Below the pieces are notes generated by a model, which saw only the letters and a program-made list of their open reading frames with translations, was not told where the DNA came from and did not search any database. DNA of 20,000 nucleotides from an uncultured virus (IMG/VR IMGVR_UViG_3300030012_002620). Its lineage: Duplodnaviria > Heunggongvirae > Uroviricota > Caudoviricetes > Crassvirales. The position numbers and the translations under genes are program-made. The stretch lies in the IMG/VR virus record IMGVR_UViG_3300030012_002620. One strand, 5' to 3'. Below are positions 9,556 through 16,334 of the stretch, piece after piece (the stretch's first letter is position 1; every line of letters starts with the position of its first letter).

Positions 9556-9696
9556 TTATTTTTTTAGTGCTTGTTTTACTGCTTTCGCTTTTCTTTTTAT
9601 TTTATTAGCTTTCGCTATAATTATGTCATCTACTGTAGTTTTACTCCATAATAAAACCCACATGTCTTTCCAATATTCTTTAGTTAATTTCCACAT
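9556..9696 (-). CDS. Trp-rich cationic amphipathic peptide (46 aa)
   Basis: Not in the track. MWKLTKEYWKDMWVLLWSKTTVDDIIIAKANKIKRKAKAVKQALKK; ATG 1 nt after the upstream stop. Confidence 0.75.
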   Translation of the reverse strand: MWKLTKEYWKDMWVLLWSKTTVDDIIIAKANKIKRKAKAVKQALKK

Positions 9697-9697
9697 A

Positions 9698-10003
9698 TTA
9701 TTTTTTTTCAGTTAATTTATATAGCCTTTCATCCATTTTTAACAATCGTTCTTTTATTTCACCAACATCTTCTTTAACAGAATTTACATCTAATTGTATT
9801 TTTTCTACCGTGCTTCTAACTAATTCGTCTTTGTATTGCAACTCTATTGAGCTGACTTCTGGTTCTGGCAACTCTTTAGCCTCTTGTATTTGAGCTTGAA
9901 GACTAAAATATGTTCCTGCAAACATTATTGTTCCAAATATCATAATACCTATTGTTCCTAAATCTAATTGCACTTTAGTGTTTTGACCTATTTTCGTCGC
10001 CAT
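9698..10003 (-). CDS. Single-TM plus coiled-coil protein (101 aa), paralogue of 7875..8183
   Basis: LDL.TIG...G...A...F.LQ..IQ...KDELVRST aligns with the paralogue over the whole length. Confidence 0.75.
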   Translation of the reverse strand: MATKIGQNTKVQLDLGTIGIMIFGTIMFAGTYFSLQAQIQEAKELPEPEVSSIELQYKDELVRSTVEKIQLDVNSVKEDVGEIKERLLKMDERLYKLTEKK

Positions 10004-10004
10004 T

Positions 10005-10250
10005 TTATTTCTTTTTGCCTCCGCCCCTAGCTCTGTTGGATTTTTGTTTTTCTAATACCAACCTTCCGCTTCGGTGCGAACAATCTAACTTATCACCTTT
10101 ACGTGATTTTTTATTTTTTCTATTGAATAAATTACATTCGACTCTTTTTCGCACAGCTTCTTTTTTCTTCTGCGCTTTAGCACTTGATTTTCTGTGCTTT
10201 TTTCGAGCTTCAGGGTTGTCTCTGTAATATTTTGCAGTTCTACTTAACAT
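10005..10250 (-). CDS. Small basic protein, possible degenerate HNH-like fold (81 aa)
   Basis: KGDKLDCSHRSGRLVLEKQKSNRAR resembles the GDGKDVxH...NR pattern of small phage HNH-like proteins. Preceded by AAGGAAG. Confidence 0.55.
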   Translation of the reverse strand: MLSRTAKYYRDNPEARKKHRKSSAKAQKKKEAVRKRVECNLFNRKNKKSRKGDKLDCSHRSGRLVLEKQKSNRARGGGKKK

Positions 10251-10258
10251 CGCTTCCT

Positions 10259-10411
10259 TTATTTATAAGGAAACATCCTGTTAAGTGAATCTCTACGTTC
10301 CGAGCAGCCACAGTCTTTTCCCATTTTTTTTGAAATAGTATCTACAACTTTCTTAACTCCAGTTGCAGTTGTAACCTTTTCAATAGTGTCTCCTAAACCT
10401 CTACTTTTCAT
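10259..10411 (-). CDS. Small phage protein with GLGDT...DCGC...LN..FPY motif (50 aa)
   Basis: Not in the track. MKSRGLGDTIEKVTTATGVKKVVDTISKKMGKDCGCSERRDSLNRMFPYK; fills the gap on the operon strand. Confidence 0.8.
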   Translation of the reverse strand: MKSRGLGDTIEKVTTATGVKKVVDTISKKMGKDCGCSERRDSLNRMFPYK

Positions 10412-10415
10412 TTTA

Positions 10416-10423
10416 CAAATTTA
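10416..10423 (-). promoter_or_regulatory. Bacteroidota-type -7 promoter element TAAATTTG
   Basis: TAnnTTTG in a 26-nt intergenic gap, 4 nt before ATG 10411. Confidence 0.55.
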
Positions 10424-10437
10424 ATAAAAATATGATA

Positions 10438-10728
10438 TTAATATTTACCCTGTCTACTCTTAGGAGAGGACTGTGTAGAGCCTCCTTTTCCAGCCCATAA
10501 TTTTTTACAAGCCCAGTACCTGGCGGTTAGCTTGTTAGTAGCAGAGGAGCATTTGTGTCTTGCTTTGAATGACTTTCTTGCTTTATCTGAATAATTGTGC
10601 CCGTAGCCTTTTGCTCCGAAATGAATTATCTTTTCTTTTCCATTTGCACAGGCTTTAACCATCTTTTTTTTGCCCGCTCTATCACTAGCACGAACAACGT
10701 TGCACTTCATTTTTGCCTTGTCTGCCAT
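10438..10728 (-). CDS. Basic Cys/His protein, DUF5754-like (96 aa)
   Basis: KIIHFGAKGY...ARKSFKARHKC...ARYWACKKLW recalls the IHFG...RH...W..LW viral family (assignment from memory). TAATG overlap. Confidence 0.65.
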   Translation of the reverse strand: MADKAKMKCNVVRASDRAGKKKMVKACANGKEKIIHFGAKGYGHNYSDKARKSFKARHKCSSATNKLTARYWACKKLWAGKGGSTQSSPKSRQGKY

Positions 10729-10985
10729 TACGATACTCTTATTTTAACTACGCTTCCTGTTCTGTATAAACCATTTACTGGTACATTTCCTGCAGCAGCA
10801 GCTGAATCATCAGCATAATCAGCTAATCCAGTTATAGATGGTGAAGCAAACATAAAAGACTCTAAAGCTGCAACGGTATAGTTTTTTGTTTTACCGCCAT
10901 CAGCACCAGATGATCCGTCTGTTCCAATCAGCTTATCTGCCGCTTCTACAGTTCCGTCGTTATTGTATGTACTAATTTTTGCCAT
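10728..10985 (-). CDS. Small acidic virion/mini-fibre protein (85 aa)
   Basis: N-terminal module shared with 6678..7385. C-terminal YADDSAAAAGNVPVNGLYRTGSVVKIRV resembles fibre end motifs. Confidence 0.7.
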   Translation of the reverse strand: MAKISTYNNDGTVEAADKLIGTDGSSGADGGKTKNYTVAALESFMFASPSITGLADYADDSAAAAGNVPVNGLYRTGSVVKIRVS

Positions 10986-10991
10986 AGTTAT

Positions 10992-11243
10992 CTATTTAGT
11001 ATAATTTTTTGTTACTTTTCCAGCTTTAGTATTACTAACAACTGTTTTTCCTTTCCTGCCTTCTCTTTTCTTTTTTCTGGCAGTTTTAGCTCTTTCTGCT
11101 TTAGACATTGACCTAGCTTTTGCTAAGGGTAAACATCTATCAGGGTTTTTTTTATCTTTACTAGTTCCGCAGGCTCCTTTAATAGAACCATCTGAACCTA
11201 TACGCACCCATTTTTGTTCACGCCATTTTTTTAACTCACCCAT
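10992..11243 (-). CDS. Basic protein, DUF5872-like L..W..xKW...CG...C.P part (83 aa)
   Basis: GELKKWREQKWVRI...GACG...RCLPLAKA; K/R-rich. Family assignment from memory. Confidence 0.65.
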   Translation of the reverse strand: MGELKKWREQKWVRIGSDGSIKGACGTSKDKKNPDRCLPLAKARSMSKAERAKTARKKKREGRKGKTVVSNTKAGKVTKNYTK

Positions 11244-11359
11244 TATCCTTTTCTATTTTTCCTGAGCTTTTTAAAATCAGCTCCAGTGATCTTGTCAAAA
11301 GGAGGTGCAAGCTTTGCAATTTTCATTTGCGCAGGTGTCAGTTTCTTTTTTTTATTCAT
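11243..11359 (-). CDS. Small basic protein with KITGADF..LR motif (38 aa)
   Basis: Not in the track. MNKKKKLTPAQMKIAKLAPPFDKITGADFKKLRKNRKG; ATGA and TAATG overlaps at its two ends. Confidence 0.8.
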   Translation of the reverse strand: MNKKKKLTPAQMKIAKLAPPFDKITGADFKKLRKNRKG

Positions 11360-11505
11360 TTTTTGTGAACTTTTTGTATTTCAAAATTAAAAGACTGACT
11401 TCCGCCTTTATGTGGTTTGTATCCGCCTTTTGGGTCTTTCATCAATTTTGGAGCTCCCTTTCCTGATTTCATCCAGTGGTAGCCTTTAGGTGCTTTTACT
11501 TTCAT
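11356..11505 (-). CDS. Small basic protein with APKGYHWM motif (49 aa)
   Basis: Not in the track. MKVKAPKGYHWMKSGKGAPKLMKDPKGGYKPHKGGSQSFNFEIQKVHKK; start/stop overlaps at both ends. Confidence 0.8.
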   Translation of the reverse strand: MKVKAPKGYHWMKSGKGAPKLMKDPKGGYKPHKGGSQSFNFEIQKVHKK

Positions 11506-11585
11506 TATTTTTTCTTTTTCTTTTTCTTTTTTTTCTTCACGACCTTTTTCTTTTTAGGTCCATATGTTGCGCTTCCGTATGGCAT
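11505..11585 (-). CDS. Poly-lysine micropeptide (26 aa)
   Basis: MPYGSATYGPKKKKVVKKKKKKKKKK. Mixed AAA/AAG codons all in the Lys frame; A-rich start context; TAATG coupling. Confidence 0.75.
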   Translation of the reverse strand: MPYGSATYGPKKKKVVKKKKKKKKKK

Positions 11586-11608
11586 AATTTCTAATTTTAA
11601 TATTAAAC

Positions 11609-11770
11609 TTACTTTTTCTTTTTACTACCCTTAGCGTAATTAGGGTCTTTACAATATTTACTAGCCGCCATGTTTGCATACGCAGACGGATATGTGTCAA
11701 AAGTTCTTTTTGCCCAGGCTATACCAGCTGCACAAATTTTATTACTTTTTTTCTTTTTTTCCTTTGCCAT
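11609..11770 (-). CDS. Small basic protein with YPSAYAN motif (53 aa)
   Basis: Not in the track. MAKEKKKKSNKICAAGIAWAKRTFDTYPSAYANMAASKYCKDPNYAKGSKKKK; ATG 2 nt after the upstream stop. Confidence 0.8.
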   Translation of the reverse strand: MAKEKKKKSNKICAAGIAWAKRTFDTYPSAYANMAASKYCKDPNYAKGSKKKK

Positions 11771-11772
11771 AA

Positions 11773-12672
11773 TTAAAATGTTGTTTTTACTCTATCAGGA
11801 TATGCTTTTCCGTAAGCAGTATTAAACCTGTTTTGGAATTTTTTATAATTCGTGTTCTGACCTCCAGATACAACACTTCTAGTTTTCATGAAAGAAACAT
11901 TTCTTGCATTATACAAACCTCCTGTGTTTTGGTTGCCAATTGTTATATTAGCTCTTTTATTAGACTGATTTGCTTTTGCTTGTTTGTCAAAGTTTTTATA
12001 AGAAGCATATATAGGATTTGCAAAAGTTGTAGGTTGTCCTGCAGCATTCATTAATCCTGTTCCTATCTTTCTATTACTCTTTCTGTTTTGCACAGCACCT
12101 TTAAAATAAGCCTTTTGTCTAACGTCAGTAGCTTTACCACCTATTCTGCTTGCTATCTTTTCTACTTTCTGTGTGTATTTGTTTCCTACGTTAGTAGCTC
12201 TCTTTTGTAGTTTTTTTAGTTTCTTTTCACTTACTGAACCTGGATTCATCACAGCAGATAAGTATTTGCCATAAGCTTTTTGTACTCTAGGTGAAAATCT
12301 TTTACTTACCTTGTCTATCTTTTTTTCTCCTTTAGATATAAGTTTTTCAGATTTTACGTATCCTTTTTGAATTGTTCTAAAACTTTTACCGTAAGACTTT
12401 AATCCTTTATTAACTGTTGATGCGTGAGATTGATTCATTACAACCCCCCTGTCAGTGCTTCTTCTTGATGTTTGAGAAGTTTGTACGTTTCTTCTATAAT
12501 ATCCTCCTCGGCCAGTAGCAAAGTTTCTTGTATATCCTCCTCCTCCTTCATTATATCTTACGCTTTGGTTGTGAAAGCTGACAGGCATTGCTGGGTTTAT
12601 AAAAGCTTGATTTCTTTTTATAAAACCTTTTGATAGGCCAGTATTTCTAAATGGTTTGTTTCCGTTTGACAT
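11773..12672 (-). CDS. Highly basic low-complexity protein (~299 aa)
   Basis: ATG at 12672 preferred because the track's TTG at 12705 lies inside the promoter box. K/R/N/Q/G/S/Y-rich, about 10 acidic residues, no Cys or Trp. Confidence 0.8.
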   Translation of the reverse strand: MSNGNKPFRNTGLSKGFIKRNQAFINPAMPVSFHNQSVRYNEGGGGYTRNFATGRGGYYRRNVQTSQTSRRSTDRGVVMNQSHASTVNKGLKSYGKSFRTIQKGYVKSEKLISKGEKKIDKVSKRFSPRVQKAYGKYLSAVMNPGSVSEKKLKKLQKRATNVGNKYTQKVEKIASRIGGKATDVRQKAYFKGAVQNRKSNRKIGTGLMNAAGQPTTFANPIYASYKNFDKQAKANQSNKRANITIGNQNTGGLYNARNVSFMKTRSVVSGGQNTNYKKFQNRFNTAYGKAYPDRVKTTF

Positions 12673-12702
12673 ACCTTTAAATTTTTTTCGTTTATTTTGT
12701 AA

Positions 12703-12710
12703 CAAAGATA
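12703..12710 (-). promoter_or_regulatory. Bacteroidota-type -7 promoter element TATCTTTG heading the basic-protein operon
   Basis: Same octamer as 7404..7411, located in the 51-nt divergent gap. Confidence 0.65.
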
Positions 12711-12723
12711 AATAAAAATAACA

Positions 12724-13203
12724 TTGAATATTTTGGATAAAAAAGATGTAAATCTAAACAAACGCAGAAAGCCACGATTACAGCCAAGAGAAAGAAAATA
12801 TAACTTTTTAAAGTATTTAAGGGTGGTAAAATACTATGTCCGTAAAAAATATAACATTACTTCTTCTGAATTAGATATGCTTCTTTATTTGTATGATGTT
12901 CCTTTTTTCAGAAAAGATGAATTCAATTACTATGAAAACTCTATGTCCTGGGATAAAAGAAGGTTTTATAGAATGGTGCAAGAAGGTTACATCAAAGAGT
13001 GGAGGTCTGGAGGCACCAAACTTGGAAAAAGTAAATTATATGAATTGACACAAAAATCTAAAACGATTTGTTCTAATATGTATAAAAAACTTATGAAAGA
13101 AGAATTAATATCCGAAGATCCACGATCTAACCCTATATTTAAAAAACAAACCTATACTGATAAAGTCTATAAAAATATTATAGAAAAAATGAATTCTAGA
13201 TAG
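12724..13203 (+). CDS. Putative winged-helix (MarR-like) DNA-binding protein (159 aa)
   Basis: KYNITSSELDMLLYL...RMVQEGYIKEW...KLYELTQKSK fits a wHTH pattern. It is the only credible plus-strand gene in the left arm; TTG start uncertain. Confidence 0.65.
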   Translation: MNILDKKDVNLNKRRKPRLQPRERKYNFLKYLRVVKYYVRKKYNITSSELDMLLYLYDVPFFRKDEFNYYENSMSWDKRRFYRMVQEGYIKEWRSGGTKLGKSKLYELTQKSKTICSNMYKKLMKEELISEDPRSNPIFKKQTYTDKVYKNIIEKMNSR

Positions 13204-13942
13204 CGTCTTCGTATTTTTTTACTGCTTTCTTTAAAATACTATAATCTCTAATTGATGTTATTTGTTTGAGCTGTCTCATTTTAAGTCTATTACCACCTTC
13301 TGTCAATTCATCTATAGCTTCAATAGCTTTGGATATTAGGTTGGTTTCTTTTATAATTTCGTTGAGGTCTTTAATTTTTTGGGTTACTCTTTCATCAAAA
13401 TACCACTTAACCATGTATCTTGATGTTCTTGCCACCTCAGCGACTTTACTTATAGTAATTTTAATATTATCCTGCCATAGCTCTTGTACTATGTTGTCCA
13501 GGTATTGTTTTGCTGGTCTTTGTTTGCTACTTATTAGGTTTCCGACTATTTTCATTTTTTCCTTTCTATCTATCCTTTTGGACGGATTGAATATCACTTT
13601 TCTTTTTCTTGCACAATAAGGAACTTTATTTTGCTCTGATACCACTAATACCATATTTTCAACTCTAGTTTGACCATAGGTTCTTATAATATGCCCATTA
13701 CTTCTATCTGATAAATCTAAAAATAGTTTTATCATCAGTGGTATATCAAAGTCTGGGTTAAGGTATATAAACTTTTCAGCTATATATTGCAGCTCTTTAA
13801 ACGAATTTATCTTTCGCGTAGTTCTGTATAGCCTGTAATAATTAACACCTTTTGGAAAAAACAAGTAGTCTTTACCGTCAAAACGGAAATAAGACTCCAT
13901 GATAATCCTGTGTTTGTTATAATCAAATAACGGAATTAACAT
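13196..13942 (-). CDS. Hypothetical DNA-binding protein with C-terminal HTH-like motif(s) (248 aa)
   Basis: KITISKVAEVARTSRYMVKWYF is HTH-like, with a second similar unit RLKMRQLKQITSIRDYSILKK. Confidence 0.6.
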   Translation of the reverse strand: MLIPLFDYNKHRIIMESYFRFDGKDYLFFPKGVNYYRLYRTTRKINSFKELQYIAEKFIYLNPDFDIPLMIKLFLDLSDRSNGHIIRTYGQTRVENMVLVVSEQNKVPYCARKRKVIFNPSKRIDRKEKMKIVGNLISSKQRPAKQYLDNIVQELWQDNIKITISKVAEVARTSRYMVKWYFDERVTQKIKDLNEIIKETNLISKAIEAIDELTEGGNRLKMRQLKQITSIRDYSILKKAVKKYEDAI

Positions 13943-14201
13943 CTTTCATGGTTACTACAACGTCTTGTTCTCGTATAGCTTTATATTTCTCCCCTTTTAC
14001 TCTCAGGTCAGAACCAGCAACCTTATCGAAATAAACAAAACTTCCTGGCTCTACTTCTTTAACCAAGTCGCCTACAGTTATTACTTCACCTATTATATAT
14101 CTGATGTTTAAATCTGATTGTTCTGTAATAATAAGTCCTAATTCATTCTTTTGAACGACCTCGTCGTCTTTAACAATTATAAAATTTCCTACTGCTTTCA
14201 T
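13923..14201 (-). CDS. groES: Phage co-chaperonin (Cpn10/GroES-like, 92 aa)
   Basis: Mobile loop KNELGLII, then GEVITVG, V.PG..VYF and GEKYKAIREQDV; lies near groEL. Confidence 0.9.
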   Translation of the reverse strand: MKAVGNFIIVKDDEVVQKNELGLIITEQSDLNIRYIIGEVITVGDLVKEVEPGSFVYFDKVAGSDLRVKGEKYKAIREQDVVVTMKDVNSVI

Positions 14202-14413
14202 TGAGTTTGTGGTAATTTCGGTGCCCTTTTATAATTTATATTGGGCTTTTTATCATCATCAACATTCCACTTTGTAATTACCTGTCCTTCCAAGTCTATT
14301 ACAGTATAGCCTTGTCTAGCTAGAAGCTTTATAGCTCCGTTTACTTGTTTTGCTTGCTCCCTAAAATGAGTAAAAATTTGATTCTCAAAAGGGTGGTGAT
14401 CGTGTTTTGCCAT
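14198..14413 (-). CDS. Hypothetical protein between groEL and groES (71 aa)
   Basis: ATG 3 nt after the groEL stop; ATGA overlap with groES. Confidence 0.75.
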   Translation of the reverse strand: MAKHDHHPFENQIFTHFREQAKQVNGAIKLLARQGYTVIDLEGQVITKWNVDDDKKPNINYKRAPKLPQTQ

Positions 14414-14416
14414 AAT

Positions 14417-16024
14417 TTAATTTTTATTTATTTCTTCTTTTTTTATTCTTTTATTTGATACAACGCAAGATGTAGTTAAAATTACACCAGCAACAGAGGC
14501 AGCATTCAAAACTGCGTTCTTTGTTACTTTAAATGGATCAATAATTCCAGCTTTATACATATCGCTGAATTTTTTGTTTTTTACATCATACCCATAGTTC
14601 AATCTACCTGCCATACAAATTTTATAAACAGGCTCTGAGCTTTCTCCTGAATTTTCAACTATCTTCCTGAATACATCAGAAAGCGCATCAAATACTATAT
14701 TATAGCCTACCTTGAAAGAATCGGAAGAGCTTCGAGGGGCTTTTTTGCGATTTTTTTTCTTGGTGGCGTTTAATAGAGCTGCTCCTCCACCAGCAACTAT
14801 ACCTTCTTCTAAGGCTGCTTTAGTTGCATGGATGGAATCATCTACCCTATCTTTCTTTTCTTTAAGTTCTACATCAGAGTTACCTGCTAATTTTATAGTA
14901 GCTACACCTCCAGCTAGTTTTGATAATCTATCTTTCAGATGCCACTTATCAGATTTATTCTTTGTAAGCTTAATTTCATTGGTTAGCCATTCTATTGTTT
15001 CTAGCTTTTTTGGGTTTTCTTCTCCTTCGAACACCAAAATTGTCTCATTTATGTCTGAAATCATGGTTTTACACGTTCCAAGGTAGCTAGAATCTATATT
15101 TTGTGCTGAATCACCAGATAATTCTGAAATTATACGAGCTCCTGTCATCAAACACAGGTCTTCAAGTAATTCAAACCTCTTAATTCCTATTCCTTCTGGT
15201 GTAATAAAGTTTGCAGTTAAGTTTTTCTTGTTAATATTCTGTGTAATGAACAATTTTACCCTATCATCAAGCTCAGAAATGATTAAAAGTGGTCTTTTTT
15301 GCTTAATTGACTGTTCAAAAGCAAAATGTAGTCTTTCGTGCATGTCAATTTTAGTGTCACTTATAACAATTAGAGGATTTTGAAACTCAACTGTACGTTT
15401 TCTAAGATTATTGACGGAAAAAGGAGTGCCATACCCTCTTTTTATACGTGTTCCATTAGTTATTTCGGTATAATCCTCGTTTGTGGAGGACTCATCCATA
15501 GTAACTACCCCATCTTTACCTACTTTATTGTAAGCGTCTGCTATCATATTACCTAAATACGTGTCTCCATTTGCTGAAATCGTCGCTACTTCTACTAGAC
15601 TAGCTTCGGTGACGTCTTTTTTGTTTTTTTCCAAAATTGACACCACATCTTTTGCAGCTTGTTCTATACCTTCTTTAGCTTGAGTAACATTATCTATTGT
15701 TTCAACTTGGTCAAAACACCTATCTATGATCGCTTTTGCTAAAACACACGACGTAGTTGTACCATCTCCAGCTTCTGTCGCTGTTTTTTGAGAGGCCTGA
15801 CGTAAAATACTAACCCCTAAGTTTTCTACAGGGTCTGATAATACTATACTGTTTGCAACAGTTACTCCATCTTTAGTTACATGGGGGGTTCCAAATTGGT
15901 CTTCGATAATTACTGTTCTACCAGAAGCTCCAAGAGTGGAGGCCACAGCTTCAGCTAATATATCAATACCTTTTTTTAGGTTATACCTACCTTCAGAACC
16001 GAAGGATATGTTCTTTTCTATCAT
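14417..16024 (-). CDS. groEL: Phage chaperonin (Cpn60/GroEL-like, 535 aa)
   Basis: Motifs VTKDGVTVA, AGDGTTT, ATISANGD, KKDRVDD, EEGIVAGGG and GIIDPFKV..A..NAASVA. Confidence 0.97.
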   Translation of the reverse strand: MIEKNISFGSEGRYNLKKGIDILAEAVASTLGASGRTVIIEDQFGTPHVTKDGVTVANSIVLSDPVENLGVSILRQASQKTATEAGDGTTTSCVLAKAIIDRCFDQVETIDNVTQAKEGIEQAAKDVVSILEKNKKDVTEASLVEVATISANGDTYLGNMIADAYNKVGKDGVVTMDESSTNEDYTEITNGTRIKRGYGTPFSVNNLRKRTVEFQNPLIVISDTKIDMHERLHFAFEQSIKQKRPLLIISELDDRVKLFITQNINKKNLTANFITPEGIGIKRFELLEDLCLMTGARIISELSGDSAQNIDSSYLGTCKTMISDINETILVFEGEENPKKLETIEWLTNEIKLTKNKSDKWHLKDRLSKLAGGVATIKLAGNSDVELKEKKDRVDDSIHATKAALEEGIVAGGGAALLNATKKKNRKKAPRSSSDSFKVGYNIVFDALSDVFRKIVENSGESSEPVYKICMAGRLNYGYDVKNKKFSDMYKAGIIDPFKVTKNAVLNAASVAGVILTTSCVVSNKRIKKEEINKN

Positions 16025-16183
16025 AAAAAATCAATTTAATTATATTTTTCTTTTTATTCTTTTTAATATATCTATATATAGAATATATTTATGTTTGTCG
16101 TTTTTTTACACAACAGAAGACTATGTTCCAAAAAAGCGCTGTAAGTGTCTTATAATCAGTCATTTGTGTTTGACACCTGTTTG

Positions 16184-16330
16184 TCACTTGCTTGTCGCGT
16201 CATCTTGTCCAGTTTTTGTTGGAGTAATTGTATATATAATCTTGGTGCGTTCTCCAATTTCATACGAACAATTTCTCGCATCAGGGCTAAACTCAACTTG
16301 TCCATAGCTATCTGTTGTATAGTTAAACAT
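16184..16330 (-). CDS. Hypothetical protein (48 aa), first leftward ORF
   Basis: MFNYTTDSYGQVEFSPDARNCSYEIGERTKIIYTITPTKTGQDDATSK; ATG 4 nt after a TAnnTTTG box. Confidence 0.5.
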   Translation of the reverse strand: MFNYTTDSYGQVEFSPDARNCSYEIGERTKIIYTITPTKTGQDDATSK

Positions 16331-16334
16331 ACTA

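Noticed and set aside
2742..15086. Plus-strand track ORFs at 2742, 3822, 5710, 7369, 9047, 10015, 10597, 11833, 13266 and 14712
   Set aside because: Antisense shadows of well-supported minus-strand genes, with non-ATG starts and no recognisable motifs.
16090..16097. Plus-strand TATGTTTG promoter-like match
   Set aside because: No credible plus-strand gene follows nearby; a chance match is likely in AT-rich DNA.
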